Shown here: positions 30,226 through 41,556 of the stretch, piece after piece
Layout: the number at the start of each line of letters is the position of its first letter
Position numbering within the stretch: the stretch's first letter is position 1
Source: Phormidium sp.
GTDB taxonomy: Bacteria > Cyanobacteriota > Cyanobacteriia > Cyanobacteriales > Aerosakkonemataceae
DNA length: 64,000 nucleotides
Reading direction: 5' to 3'
Assembly: GCA_051013385.1 (NCBI GenBank)
Contig: CP143273.1
Coordinates: 640,001-704,000 of the forward strand
Notes under the pieces: generated by a model
What the model saw: only the letters and a program-made list of their open reading frames with translations
Database searches by the model: none
Told to the model about the DNA's origin: nothing
Program-made: the position numbers and the translations under genes

Positions 30226-33141
30226 ATGGCTACCACCAAACCCAAATTAGAAGAAGAGCTAGAAAAAATAGCTGATGAGAACGATGACGATAAGGCTGAT
30301 GATAAAGCCGATGGCAAGAAAGGTTCATCATCAAAGCGCAAAATTAATATTCCAATCGGGCCTGTCCAAATATCTTTTGAATATCAAAAGAAATCTGATA
30401 AAAATAACAGAAACGTTATTGCTTATACAGAAATTGCCAAAGACAGCAAAAACCTCTCGCTAAACGTGGGCGATGCGATCGAAACTATGTCCACAGACAT
30501 TGCTAAATTGCTCCCAAAAGAGTTGAAGAGGCAGTCTATTGATTTTAAAAGACTGATAGTTATTTACAGCAAAGATAAAACTAAGAAAACGAGTAAATGG
30601 CTGTTCGCTTTCGATTTAGCCCTTGCTGACGAGTTTAAATTCAGCAATCTCCCCTTAGTCGGTGACATCCTTCAAGGACAGAACGGTGATGCAGCATTAG
30701 TTGCATCCCTGCGAATTGTCGCTACTTCCCAACTTTTTAACCTTAAAGAAGTTCGTTATTTCAACGCACTATTTCCCGAAGACCAAGAAGACTTAGACAA
30801 ACTACCAGATCCCGGTGAAGGCAAAGGCAAAGATGAGGATATAGCTATCCGCAAAGGCTTTAGCTTGTCAGGTAAATTTGACTTTGGCGAGATTAGTCAT
30901 GTCTTGAGTCTGCCCGTTAGTGCAGAAAGCGATGGGGGAGACATCCCAGCAGCGCCCAGCAAAGATGCAACTCCAGCCAGCAAAAATGGGATTCGGTTCA
31001 ATATTGAAAAATCGATCGGTGTTTTCACTCTCCAAAGTATTGGTTTCCAGTATGAAGAAGGAAGACTGGCGCTCCTTTTTAATGCTGCCTTGAAGTTATC
31101 TACTTTCACCCTAGATTGTCAGAATCTAGGGGTAAGAGTCCCGTTAAAAGACAAACTCAACCCACTCTTCAACCTAGATGGTATTGGCGTAGAGTATAAG
31201 AGCGACAACCTACACATAGCAGGCGCACTACTACGCAAGAAAAAAGAAAAGAATGGCATTGTTTATGAAGAATTTTTGGGTTTAGCCACCTTTAAATTAA
31301 AGCTATCAGGTAAAGGGGGTTTAAGTTTTGGTATAAGTGCTATTGGTTCCTACGCTAACTACAACGGTCAACCTGCTCTTTTCTTCTACGCCGTGCTCGA
31401 TATTCCCTTGGGAGGGCCGGGTTTCTTCTTCGTAACTGGATTTGCTCTAGGCTTAGGCTACAACCGCTATCTGAGAGTTCCGTCTGTTGATAAACTTACT
31501 GAATTCCCTCTGGTCGCTCAAGCTGTTGGTGGAATTAGCAAAAAAAATGCAAAAGATACCAGCGAACTAATTACTCAGCAACTGGAAGAACTGGATCAAT
31601 ATGTTACCTTATCGCCTGGATCGGGATTTATTGCTATTGGCATTAAGTTTACCTCTTATAAAATGGTGGACTGTTTTGCCTTGTTGACGATCGCACTCGG
31701 AGAAGATTTTGAGATTAATCTCCTGGGGATTGCCACAATGAAACTGCCCCCCATACCCACAGGAGAAAACTCAAAAATCCCCCCTGTTGCCGAGGTAACA
31801 ATGCTTCTTAGGGCTAAATTTTCCCTAAATGATGGGGTAATCGCCATTGAAGCCCAACTTGCTGCCAGTTCCTATATCCTGTCAAAAGATTGCTTCTTAA
31901 CTGGGGGCTTTGCCTTCTACACCTGGTTTAATGGCCCTTATGCCGGGGATTTTGTAATTACTTTAGGTGGCTACCATCCCGACTTCAAAAAACCTGACCA
32001 CTACCCCAATGTCCCACGACTCGGTTTCATTTGGAAAGTTGATGAAGTCCTCTTTCTAAAAGGGGAAATGTATTTTGCCCTTTGTTCTCATGCTCTAATG
32101 GCAGGAGGCAAGCTAGAAGCTAGTTTCGTTTGTGGTTCCCTGTGGGCGTATTTTATTGCCGAAGCCCACTTCTTGATCTCTTGGCAGCCCTACTTCTACG
32201 ATATCCAAATTCAAGTCCGAATGCAGGCTGGTTTAGGAATTTTAGGGCCTGTTTGCGAGGGAGTCAAACTGCACATTTGGGGGCCAGAATTTGGGGGTCT
32301 TGCCACTATCAAGATTGTGTTCGTCAAAGTTAATATTGAATTTGGCGATCGATCTTCTAGCTTCCCGTCTCCCATTGACTGGGAAACTTTCAAAAAATCC
32401 TTCTTACCTGACGATAAAGAAGTTTGTACCATTGCTGTCACTCAAGGAATCACCAGGCAACTCTCACAATCTGATGGAACTCCGTTATTTGTTGTTAATG
32501 CCTTGGAGTTTGAGCTAGTTACTAATTCTGTAATTCCCACTAAGCAAGGATATTATTTGGATGGAAGCGAGCAATCCCTCTCAAATTCAGATGCAAAAAC
32601 AGAATTTGGTGTTCGTTCTATGGGCATTAAAAATGACGAATTAGAGACAACACACAAAATTGAAATTACTCGCGATGGCATAAAGGTAAATCAAGACCAG
32701 TGGAAATTTGAGCCAGCGACTCAACAAATTCCTACCGGACTTTGGGGTGATGCTCGCGTTAAAATGAGTCAGGGTAAGGAACGTCTTATTCCGCCAGAAA
32801 CAAACGAAAAACTGTTTTTAGAAAACACGCTCTCTGGTTTCCGTATTGTTCCCAATAAACCACCAGAATCAGGCAAGACTGATAGTATTAAAGTCAGCGA
32901 TTTGCAATACGATACTGAACTAATAAATAATGTCTATGCTTGGCAGAAAATTCCAAGTTTTGCGCCAGTTTCAGCCCCAGATGCGAGTCGGAGAACTACG
33001 ATCGAGAACAATATTGTCAGTACCGATACTAATACTCGCCGCAACCAACTCTTAGAATCACTCGGCTTCACTCCCACAGAAGACGTTAAACTAACTAATT
33101 CTGTAGCTGATGCTTTTGTAATGGCTCCACAAGTTAAGTGA
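30226..33141 (+). CDS. DUF6603-like beta-rich protein
   Basis: 971 aa. Motifs PLGGPGFFFVTGFALGLGYNR, LTGGFAFYTWF, GDFVITLGGYHP, YPNVPRLG and LHIWGPEFGG. Family recalled, not searched. Confidence 0.75.
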   Translation: MATTKPKLEEELEKIADENDDDKADDKADGKKGSSSKRKINIPIGPVQISFEYQKKSDKNNRNVIAYTEIAKDSKNLSLNVGDAIETMSTDIAKLLPKELKRQSIDFKRLIVIYSKDKTKKTSKWLFAFDLALADEFKFSNLPLVGDILQGQNGDAALVASLRIVATSQLFNLKEVRYFNALFPEDQEDLDKLPDPGEGKGKDEDIAIRKGFSLSGKFDFGEISHVLSLPVSAESDGGDIPAAPSKDATPASKNGIRFNIEKSIGVFTLQSIGFQYEEGRLALLFNAALKLSTFTLDCQNLGVRVPLKDKLNPLFNLDGIGVEYKSDNLHIAGALLRKKKEKNGIVYEEFLGLATFKLKLSGKGGLSFGISAIGSYANYNGQPALFFYAVLDIPLGGPGFFFVTGFALGLGYNRYLRVPSVDKLTEFPLVAQAVGGISKKNAKDTSELITQQLEELDQYVTLSPGSGFIAIGIKFTSYKMVDCFALLTIALGEDFEINLLGIATMKLPPIPTGENSKIPPVAEVTMLLRAKFSLNDGVIAIEAQLAASSYILSKDCFLTGGFAFYTWFNGPYAGDFVITLGGYHPDFKKPDHYPNVPRLGFIWKVDEVLFLKGEMYFALCSHALMAGGKLEASFVCGSLWAYFIAEAHFLISWQPYFYDIQIQVRMQAGLGILGPVCEGVKLHIWGPEFGGLATIKIVFVKVNIEFGDRSSSFPSPIDWETFKKSFLPDDKEVCTIAVTQGITRQLSQSDGTPLFVVNALEFELVTNSVIPTKQGYYLDGSEQSLSNSDAKTEFGVRSMGIKNDELETTHKIEITRDGIKVNQDQWKFEPATQQIPTGLWGDARVKMSQGKERLIPPETNEKLFLENTLSGFRIVPNKPPESGKTDSIKVSDLQYDTELINNVYAWQKIPSFAPVSAPDASRRTTIENNIVSTDTNTRRNQLLESLGFTPTEDVKLTNSVADAFVMAPQVK

Positions 33142-33341
33142 AAAAGGTAGGAGTTATGTAATTGGTACAAAGGCACGAATGCGTCAGGTGAGAAAAGTGG
33201 AAATCAAAATTGTCAAAGTTAAAAGTCTGACGCATCCTACAATTTGCTTGAAATATCAAACTAGCCTAAGTCCTGAAATATTTTGGCTAGCGACAACTCT
33301 CCTTCATAGTCAACAGATCTTTTACGAAGAGGATTAATTTC

Positions 33342-35294
33342 ATGTCTGCACCCAATATTAAAGTTAAATTCATTCAGTATCACCAACCGAATTTGGCTAG
33401 TGGCACATACAAAATTGAGGTTAAGCAAAGCATTAAAACCAAGGAGTCTAGTGAAATATCCAAGCAAAGCATTAAAACCAACAATTCTAGTAAAATATCC
33501 GAGCAAAAATTTTCAAATACTCTTATTTTTGTGGTTAGCGGACATCGCTTTGCTCCCCTAACTGCCGATGATATTTACGCCGTCTTTCCCCCATCGGGAA
33601 ACTTAGGTAATTATTCTAATGCTTTACCACATATTACTCTCAAGCGTAGCACCTTACCTTGGGAGCGCTCAATTAATGCAGTGAATTCCAAGCTCCCTTG
33701 GTTAGCCCTACTCTTGTTTCGGGAATCAGAAAAACCAACCCCGATAAATATTCAATTAAAAGATTTAAAAGATATTCAAGCGAGTGCCAAATTCCCTAAT
33801 TTCGATGACGAACCCGGACAACTGCCAGAGGATGAACTCACTGTTATTGACGTACCCAAAAAACTTTTAGAGCAGATTCTTCCTACCCAAGAAGATGTGG
33901 CTCTCCTGGCTCATATTAACCAACTGACTAATGCTCAGGACTCCCCCCTCAGCGAACCTTTAGCAACTATATTAGGCAACCGCCTACCTGAATTCGGCGA
34001 AGTTAGTACGGTTCATTTGGTTTCTCTGGAAAATCGCTATAAAGGCAAAGAAAATGGACAATTTGACTACCAAGGCGCGGGAGATAACGATTTAATCCGC
34101 TTAGTCAGTCTAGCAAGTTGGAGCTTTGCTTGCATTGATAGCAAGCATAATTTCGCCGCCTTGCTAGAAAAACTCGATCGCAACCCAGATACCCTGAGAC
34201 TTCCCAGCCGAAATAATAGCAATGTAGATAATTACTTAAATTTGGGCTATGTGCCTCTAGCCCATGCTCTCCGACAGGGAGATAAAACTGTTTCCTGGTA
34301 TCACAGTCCCCTCAGTCCGGGTAAAAATCCCGAACGGCTATTGGGGCCTGTTGCCACAGCTGACGCACTGCTACGTTACGATTCTAATAGCGGTTTGTTT
34401 GATGTTTCATACGCTGCTGCTTGGGAATTAGGGCGGATGCTCACCCTCAACAACCAAAATCTTGCGGTTGAGCTTTTCAACTGGAAGCGATCGAATGCTC
34501 AAATTCTCCATCAGATGCAGCAACAGGTACTTTACTTGCCTTTTCAGGGAGAGACAAGTGATGATAGTACAAATATGCCACCGGAGGCGATCGCCACTTG
34601 GTTCAGCGATTTAGAACTCCTTAAACACATTCCTTTTAACTATCTTATTCCTGACGAACAATTACTTCCGCCTGAATCTCTCCGCTTCTTTTGGGTAGAT
34701 TCTTATTGGGTTGACTGCTTACAAGATGGCGCTTTTAGCATCGGTCGCGTTACTTCCACAGACTTAAAAACAGATACTGAAATTCAGTCTAGTCCATCAG
34801 GCACGAGAGCAGATGAACTAATTACTGGTTTTTTGTTACATTCAGAAGTAGTGTCTGGTTGGCCTGGTTTAGAAGTAGAGGGTTACGGCAACCTCATTGA
34901 TAATTTAGTTATTCCTGACCCTAACAATAAACTAACTATCCTGCGAAAGGAGCGTTTGTCAGAGAATATATTACTTTGTTTATTTAAGGGAGAAGTAAAG
35001 ACAATTGACTTTTCTCTCAAAGCCGAATCAGTGAATTGTGGTGTAGATCCAATTAATAAACTAGCTGTATCTAACAAATTTCAGATTGAAAAAGGATTAC
35101 GAAAACTTGATGGTACTCAAGGAAAAGAAAAAATAGATGTTCCTTGTAAAAATGCAGAGCTTGGAGTGATTAATATCAAGGAATTGGCGAATAAAATTCA
35201 ACAAAAACTTGATACAGGAGATTTCACTTCTGCTCAGTTTGCTCTAGCAATGATTGAAGGAGCGCCAAAAATTAGATTTTGCCAGAAGAAATGA
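33342..35294 (+). CDS. Uncharacterised protein, partner of DUF6603 clusters
   Basis: 650 aa. Motifs LPHITLKRSTLPWER, HLVSLE, RLVSLASWSF, DVSYAAAWELGR, LLPPESLRFFWVD and GFLLHSEVVSGWPGL. Contains a 39 bp tandem duplication at 33423-33500. Confidence 0.8.
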   Translation: MSAPNIKVKFIQYHQPNLASGTYKIEVKQSIKTKESSEISKQSIKTNNSSKISEQKFSNTLIFVVSGHRFAPLTADDIYAVFPPSGNLGNYSNALPHITLKRSTLPWERSINAVNSKLPWLALLLFRESEKPTPINIQLKDLKDIQASAKFPNFDDEPGQLPEDELTVIDVPKKLLEQILPTQEDVALLAHINQLTNAQDSPLSEPLATILGNRLPEFGEVSTVHLVSLENRYKGKENGQFDYQGAGDNDLIRLVSLASWSFACIDSKHNFAALLEKLDRNPDTLRLPSRNNSNVDNYLNLGYVPLAHALRQGDKTVSWYHSPLSPGKNPERLLGPVATADALLRYDSNSGLFDVSYAAAWELGRMLTLNNQNLAVELFNWKRSNAQILHQMQQQVLYLPFQGETSDDSTNMPPEAIATWFSDLELLKHIPFNYLIPDEQLLPPESLRFFWVDSYWVDCLQDGAFSIGRVTSTDLKTDTEIQSSPSGTRADELITGFLLHSEVVSGWPGLEVEGYGNLIDNLVIPDPNNKLTILRKERLSENILLCLFKGEVKTIDFSLKAESVNCGVDPINKLAVSNKFQIEKGLRKLDGTQGKEKIDVPCKNAELGVINIKELANKIQQKLDTGDFTSAQFALAMIEGAPKIRFCQKK

Positions 35295-35525
35295 TATGCT
35301 TTACAAAATTCTTGAAGATGTTGTCGCGTGTCCCGGTAAGTGGGTCCTTACGCTATTTTGGTGAAGAGAAGCAATAAGCCAGAAAATAGACGTGGTAAGG
35401 GTTAGAGGGATGTAGTACCCCCCAGAAAGAAAAAGTAGAACTAGCCCGTTGAGGCATCGTTGCACTAATTCGGGTATTCGTTGGGTGAGCGAAGTGGTGT
35501 TGCTTAACTTTTCCTTTTTTGGCTA

Positions 35526-35648
35526 TTAATTGACCAGCACTAACTCTACTCCTGCTGATTTTAGACGGGCTATCTGCTGCTCAAGTGCATGACTATTTTG
35601 ACTTGGCTCAACAGAGGAAACCCTAGCATAAGCGATGATCTCCGGGAC
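35526..35648 (-). pseudogene. N-terminal relic of an XisF-like large serine recombinase
   Basis: The minus strand reads EIIAYARVSSVEPSQNSHALEQQIARLKSAGVELVLVN*, containing the catalytic YARVSS motif, directly after the moaE stop. Confidence 0.75.
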
Positions 35649-35649
35649 T

Positions 35650-36159
35650 TCAGCAATTTTCTCCTGTTTGTTCACAAGCACCAATACTTACCCAACTGCT
35701 AGATAATTTACCATCTAGCTCGCTATACCACTCCTTTTTCCAAATTGGTGCGTTGTGTTTCAGAGTGTCGATCGCATATTGACAAGCAGCAAAAGCCTCC
35801 GATCTATGGGGACAACCTACAGCTACCAAAACACTAATTTCCCCAATCTCTAACCTTCCAATTCGATGATGAATCACCACCCGATTTACACCTAACCAAG
35901 TATTACGAATCTGGGTGGCAATTTGAGCAAAAACTTGTAACGCCATCGGTTGATATGCTTGATATTCTAACGCAACCACAGCTTTCCCATCAGTTTGATT
36001 GCGAACCATCCCACTCATTACCACGATCGCACCATTACCCGCCTCATCTGCTAAACCGTAAACTTCCTCTAAAGATAAAGGTGCAAAAGTAATCGCAAAA
36101 CTATCATTGGGATTGGATTGAATTGGATAAGTTTGTGAACTGACAACAGTAGAATTCAT
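35650..36159 (-). CDS. moaE: Molybdopterin synthase catalytic subunit
   Basis: Motifs GAIVVMSGMVRN, LEYQAY, HRIGRLEIGE, HRSEAF and LKHNAPIWKKE. Confidence 0.95.
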   Translation of the reverse strand: MNSTVVSSQTYPIQSNPNDSFAITFAPLSLEEVYGLADEAGNGAIVVMSGMVRNQTDGKAVVALEYQAYQPMALQVFAQIATQIRNTWLGVNRVVIHHRIGRLEIGEISVLVAVGCPHRSEAFAACQYAIDTLKHNAPIWKKEWYSELDGKLSSSWVSIGACEQTGENC

Positions 36160-36213
36160 AGGAAATAGATAGAAAAGAATAATTCCAACACTTGCAAATT
36201 ATCAGCAATTTTT

Positions 36214-36247
36214 AGATCCCCGACAACTTCTGCGAAGTCGGGGATCT
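36214..36247. repeat. Palindromic intergenic element / terminator
   Basis: AGATCCCCGAC...GTCGGGGATCT, an 11 bp perfect stem just after the pyrB stop. Confidence 0.6.
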
Positions 36248-36251
36248 GAAT

Positions 36252-37259
36252 TTAACTCTTACCCCCACCAATTAAATATAACAAAGCCATACGAATTGCT
36301 ACCCCACTAGTCACCTGCTGAGATATTAAACTGAACTCAGGATCGTCCATTAAATCAGAACTAATCTCTACTCCCCGATTCACTGGCCCCGGATGTAAAA
36401 CTCTCACTTCCGATTTACATAACTTTAATCTAGCGCGAGTAATCCCATACCTTTGATGATATTCTCGCAAACTAGGTAACAAATGCTGGGTCATTCTTTC
36501 CCGTTGTAAGCGTAAAGTCATGACAAAATCTGCATCTTTTAATGCAGGTTCTACATCCCAATGTAAAAATAATTTACGTTCAGGAATTGGGTAATTTTCC
36601 TGATTTTCTGGCATCCAATCAGCAAATAGCTTTGGTAACAAAGTTGGCGGGCCAGCTAAGTGGACTTCTGCTCCGGCTGCGGTTAAACTCCAAATATTAG
36701 ATCTGGCTACCCGTGAGTGCAGAATATCGCCCACAATTGCCACTTTTTTATGTTGCAAAAGTTCCATTTTTGGTTGTTTTGCATCTAACACCGAACAAAT
36801 TGTCAACAGATCCAATAATGCTTGTGAGGGGTGTTCGTGTTGTCCATCGCCAGCGTTGAGTACGCTTACTTGTGATTCTAATCGATCCATTTCATCTGCG
36901 ATTGCTTGTGGTACCCCTGCTTCCCGATGCCGTATTACCATTATATTGGTACCCATCGCTAGGTAGGTTTTCGCCGTATCTAAAATTGTTTCCCCTTTAG
37001 TTAATGAAGAGGTTGCTGGCGCAAAACTGAGTGTATCTGCTGAAAGTCTCTTAGCTGCTAATTCAAAACTGTTACGAGTCCGCGTTGATGATTCAAAAAA
37101 CAAATTAGCTACCACCTGTCCTTGCAGCGTCGGTACTTTCTTTACCCGGCGGGAGAGAACTTCTTGAAAACTAGCAGCTGTCTGCAAAACGATATCGTAC
37201 TCTGCTGGTAAGAAATCAGCTAAGGAAATGATGTGCTTGCGTGTCCAAATACTACTCAT
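36252..37259 (-). CDS. pyrB: Aspartate carbamoyltransferase catalytic subunit
   Basis: Motifs [41 protein letters not shown] and [10 protein letters not shown]. Confidence 0.98.
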   Translation of the reverse strand: MSSIWTRKHIISLADFLPAEYDIVLQTAASFQEVLSRRVKKVPTLQGQVVANLFFESSTRTRNSFELAAKRLSADTLSFAPATSSLTKGETILDTAKTYLAMGTNIMVIRHREAGVPQAIADEMDRLESQVSVLNAGDGQHEHPSQALLDLLTICSVLDAKQPKMELLQHKKVAIVGDILHSRVARSNIWSLTAAGAEVHLAGPPTLLPKLFADWMPENQENYPIPERKLFLHWDVEPALKDADFVMTLRLQRERMTQHLLPSLREYHQRYGITRARLKLCKSEVRVLHPGPVNRGVEISSDLMDDPEFSLISQQVTSGVAIRMALLYLIGGGKS

Positions 37260-37515
37260 ATAATTTAATAACCTAGATGAAAAATCATACTGTGTATATA
37301 CTTAAAGCAATCATAAAATTTTTTTATTAGTTCAATACAATGGTTAAACCTAGAATAATCACTGAGGTAAGTGAACCAGAAATAAGGTAAAACAAGTTAC
37401 AGGTAAATTATAGGCTCAGAAAAATCTCACTCATCAACTTTAATCTCTCACAACGCGATCGCAGCATAAAGTAAAAATTTCTCCAAAATCATGTTTTATA
37501 TAATACACCGCTTTT

Positions 37516-40500
37516 ATGGGAAGAGTGAAAATGAAAATGGCACTACCTAGCACTCAAACAAATAAGCTAAAAGTGCAACATCAGTATGAAACAGTCAGTA
37601 CAGATGCTCAAGTAGCATTTGATGACATTGTTCATCTAGCCGCACAAATTTGTCATACACCTATAGCAATTATTAACCTGATTGATAATCACAGACAATG
37701 GTTTAAAGCAAAAGTAGGAATAGAACTAACAGAAGTCCCAACAAATGTAAGTTTCTGCCCGATTTGTCTTCAAGAACGCGACTTAGTGATTATTGCTGAT
37801 ACTTTAAATGATGAGCGTGCTAAAAATAATCCAGTCGTCACATCCTATCCTTTTGTCAGATTTTACGCTGGGATTCCTTTAATTTTATCAGGGGGAGAAG
37901 CGATCGGGACTCTTTGCGTAATTGACCAAAAACCCAGAGAGATTACTGCTAAACAACTTGAAGCATTGCAAGCTTTAGCTCGTCAAGTAGTTAATATTTT
38001 GGAATTACATGATACCATTACCAAGCTGAAGCACACTAACAGCGAATATGAAAGTTCGCTAATCAAACTCAGCAATGATTATAAACAAGCGACATTAGAA
38101 CGCGATCGCTTTTTTACCATCTCATTAGACTTAATCTGTATTGCTGGATTTGATGGTTATTTTAAACGCTTAAATCCCGCATTTGAAAACACACTGGGAT
38201 ACAGCAAAGCCGAACTATTAGCAACACCATTTCTAAATTTTGTACATCCAGACGACAAAACAGAAACTATTGCTGTTATCGAAAAGTTAAATGCTGGCTT
38301 ACCTGTAATTAATTTTGAAAATCGTTACCTTTGTCAAAACGGTTCTTATAAATGGCTTTCTTGGAAAAGTATTCCCTTAATTTCAGAAGGCTTGATTTAT
38401 GCCACTGCTCGTGATATTACAGAACTTAAACATGGCGAAGTTGCACTCAAAGAAAGCGAAGAAAGATGGCAATTAGCATTACGAGGTAACAATGATGGGA
38501 TTTGGGATTGGAACTTAGAAAGTAATCAAGTATTCTTTTCTGCAATATGGAAAGAAATGCTTGGTTATGCAGATAGCGAAATTGCAAATCATGTTAATGA
38601 ATGGATAGTTCGCGTTCATCCCGACGATCTTCCTAAAGCCATGCAAGGGATTAATGAACATTTAGATAGAAAAACACCTTTTTATATAAATGAACATAGA
38701 TTGCTCTGTAAAGATGGCACTTATAAATGGATTTTAGACCGAGGTCAAGCACTGTGGAATGACCAAGGAAAACCAATTAGAATGGTTGGTTCCCATACAG
38801 ATATTACCGAAAGGAAACAAGCAGAGGTATTATTAAAAGAGCGTCAAATATCCCTAGCTCAACAAGAAGAATTACTGCGAAAAGTTTTAAATGCCATTCC
38901 TGTAGGAGTTTGGATTACCGATAACCAAGGTAAGATATTACAAGCAAATCCCGCCGCCTGTCAAATTTGGGGGGTAAAGAAAGAAAATTTTGATTTAGCT
39001 AATTTAAGCTTTGGATTAACTTCTCCTAATCCCCCAGACTCTCAGCAATTTAAAGCTTGGTGGACAGATACAGATAAACCGATCGAATCTCCAGAATGGG
39101 CACCTTATTTAGCAATAAGCAAAGGAGAAATTACTCTCAATCAGTGCATTGATATTCAACGTTTCGATCGCACTCGTAAAACTATTTTGAATTCGGCTAT
39201 TCCCTTAAGGAATGACCAGCAAGAAATTATCGGCTCAATAGTTGTTAATCAGGATATCACAGAACAACAAATAGTTAAACAAGCCCTTTGGGAAAATCAG
39301 CGTTTATTCCAAAAAATTGCCGATGCTACACCAGAAATACTCTACCTTTATGACTTAATATCTGACAGAAATATCTATGTAAATCATCAAATTACCGAAA
39401 TTTTGGGTTATAGTGCTTCCGAACTTCAACAAATAGAAGGTTTAGGGAAAAAACTAGTTCATCCAGAAGATTTTCCTAAACTCCAAGAAGGTTTTAAACG
39501 TTTAGCCCAAGCGAGAGACGGAGAAGTAATGGAAACTGAATATCGGATGCAAAGCGCCAATGGTGAATGGTGTTGGTTAATTAGTCGAGATGTAATCTTT
39601 AGCAGAACTCCTGAAGGTTTACCTTATCAAATATTGGGTACTGCTACCGATATTACTAAGCGCAAACAAGCAGAAGTAGAATTGCGAGAAATGAGTACAG
39701 CACTAGCAAACGCAGTTGAAGGAATTTCTCGCTTAGATAGCGATGGTTACTATCGTGCTGTTAATAAAGCTTATGCTAATACTTGTGGATATGAACCAGA
39801 AGAAATGTTAGGAATGTTGTGGCAAGAAACTGTACATCCTGAAGATTTAGAAAAACTCAAAAATGCTTATCAAGAAATGCTTTTAAAAGGCAAAGTGGAA
39901 GTTGAAGCTAGAGGTGTTCGCCAAGATCGATCGCATTTTTATAAACAGGTAGTTATGGTAGCTGCTTACAACAAAGAAAAGCAGTTTATTGGGCATCATT
40001 GTTTTATGAAAGATATTACTGAAAGGAGGCAATCAGAACAAAAAATCAGGGAACAAGCTGCCCTTTTAGATATTGCTACTGATGCGATTTTTGTGAAAGA
40101 TATTAATAGTAAAATTCTGTTTTGGAATCAGGGTGCTCAACGACTTTATGGTTGGACAGCAGCGGAAGCGATCGGTAAAAATGCCAATGATTTTTTATAT
40201 AAAAATCCTATCGATCACCAACAAATCCAGCAAACTCTTTTAGCCAAAGGAGAATGGCAAGGAGAACTTCGCAAAGTTACTAAAACAGGCAAAGAAATCA
40301 TTGTAGAAAGTCGCTGGACATTAGTCTATGATGAAGCAGGAAACCCTAAATCAATTTTAGTTGTCAACACAGACATTACCGAAAAGAAACTATTAGAATC
40401 TCAATTCCTCCGTGCTCAACGCATGGAAAGTTTGGGAACTTTAGCTAGTGGAATTGCTCACGATTTAAATAATATTTTAACCCCCATTTTAATGGCAGTG

Positions 40501-41556
40501 CAACTCCTAGAATTACAACTAAAAGATGAACGGAGTATGCGACTATTGCCGATCCTAAAAAACAATGCCAAACGAGGCGCAGAATTAGTTAAACAAGTAT
40601 TATCTTTTGGGCGGGGAATTGAAGGCGATCGCACTATTGTTCAAATCAGACATTTAGTTTCAGAAATTCATCATATCGCCAAAGAAACTTTTCCCAAATC
40701 TATCGAATTATATATTGATTTATCCTCCGATCTTTCCACTATTCTAGGAGATGCCACACAACTACATCAAGTATTAATGAATCTTTGTGTAAATGCGCGT
40801 GATGCTATGCCTAACGGCGGCACTTTGAGCATTTGTGCAGAAAATATTTGGATTGATGAAAACTATGCTAAATTAAACATTGATGCTAAAGTTGGCGCAT
40901 ATATTGTCCTGACCATAGTAGATACAGGAATGGGGATTCCTGGGGAAATTATCGATCGCATTTTTGAACCATTCTTTACTACCAAAGAACTGGGTAAAGG
41001 AACAGGACTTGGGTTATCCACAGTAATTGGAATTATTAAAAGTCATGGCGGCTTTATCAATGTTTATAGTGAACTGGGAAAAGGCACAGAATTTAAGGTT
41101 TATTTACCAGCATTAGCAGCCCAAGAAAACCAGCAAATAGAACCAAATCAAATACCGAAAGGTTCAGGAGAATTGATTTTAGTAGTAGATGATGAATCTG
41201 CCATTCGGGATCTTACTAAAACCTTATTAGAAAGTCATGGTTACAAAGTAATTTCTGCTAGTGATGGGCAACAAGCGATCGCTACTTACAAGCAAATTAA
41301 AGAAAAAATTAGTTTAGTATTACTAGACATGATGATGCCTAATATGGATGGTTCTAGCACCATAAATGAATTGAAAAAAATCAATCCTAATTTGGAAATT
41401 ATTGCCATGAGTGGACTAACTATTAATGCGGGAAATGCCGAAGCCGCAAGTCAGCAAGTAAAAGGCTTTCTTTCTAAACCTTTTACTAGTGAAGAATTAT
41501 TAGTTACTATTCAAACAGTATTGCACAAGAAAGCCAAAAATAAATCAAATGAATAA
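37516..41556 (+). CDS. Hybrid sensor histidine kinase (GAF, multiple PAS, HisKA/HATPase, receiver)
   Basis: GAF (VRFYAGIPL), repeated PAS/PAC (VHPDD...DITE), H-box [11 protein letters not shown]-box GKGTGLGL, receiver LVVDDE...[11 protein letters not shown]. Confidence 0.95.
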   Translation: MGRVKMKMALPSTQTNKLKVQHQYETVSTDAQVAFDDIVHLAAQICHTPIAIINLIDNHRQWFKAKVGIELTEVPTNVSFCPICLQERDLVIIADTLNDERAKNNPVVTSYPFVRFYAGIPLILSGGEAIGTLCVIDQKPREITAKQLEALQALARQVVNILELHDTITKLKHTNSEYESSLIKLSNDYKQATLERDRFFTISLDLICIAGFDGYFKRLNPAFENTLGYSKAELLATPFLNFVHPDDKTETIAVIEKLNAGLPVINFENRYLCQNGSYKWLSWKSIPLISEGLIYATARDITELKHGEVALKESEERWQLALRGNNDGIWDWNLESNQVFFSAIWKEMLGYADSEIANHVNEWIVRVHPDDLPKAMQGINEHLDRKTPFYINEHRLLCKDGTYKWILDRGQALWNDQGKPIRMVGSHTDITERKQAEVLLKERQISLAQQEELLRKVLNAIPVGVWITDNQGKILQANPAACQIWGVKKENFDLANLSFGLTSPNPPDSQQFKAWWTDTDKPIESPEWAPYLAISKGEITLNQCIDIQRFDRTRKTILNSAIPLRNDQQEIIGSIVVNQDITEQQIVKQALWENQRLFQKIADATPEILYLYDLISDRNIYVNHQITEILGYSASELQQIEGLGKKLVHPEDFPKLQEGFKRLAQARDGEVMETEYRMQSANGEWCWLISRDVIFSRTPEGLPYQILGTATDITKRKQAEVELREMSTALANAVEGISRLDSDGYYRAVNKAYANTCGYEPEEMLGMLWQETVHPEDLEKLKNAYQEMLLKGKVEVEARGVRQDRSHFYKQVVMVAAYNKEKQFIGHHCFMKDITERRQSEQKIREQAALLDIATDAIFVKDINSKILFWNQGAQRLYGWTAAEAIGKNANDFLYKNPIDHQQIQQTLLAKGEWQGELRKVTKTGKEIIVESRWTLVYDEAGNPKSILVVNTDITEKKLLESQFLRAQRMESLGTLASGIAHDLNNILTPILMAVQLLELQLKDERSMRLLPILKNNAKRGAELVKQVLSFGRGIEGDRTIVQIRHLVSEIHHIAKETFPKSIELYIDLSSDLSTILGDATQLHQVLMNLCVNARDAMPNGGTLSICAENIWIDENYAKLNIDAKVGAYIVLTIVDTGMGIPGEIIDRIFEPFFTTKELGKGTGLGLSTVIGIIKSHGGFINVYSELGKGTEFKVYLPALAAQENQQIEPNQIPKGSGELILVVDDESAIRDLTKTLLESHGYKVISASDGQQAIATYKQIKEKISLVLLDMMMPNMDGSSTINELKKINPNLEIIAMSGLTINAGNAEAASQQVKGFLSKPFTSEELLVTIQTVLHKKAKNKSNE

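Noticed and set aside
22852..35294. Cluster as an eCIS, T6SS, tailocin or prophage
   Set aside because: No recognisable sheath, tube, VgrG/PAAR, baseplate, capsid or terminase gene. Only a fibre-like protein is present.
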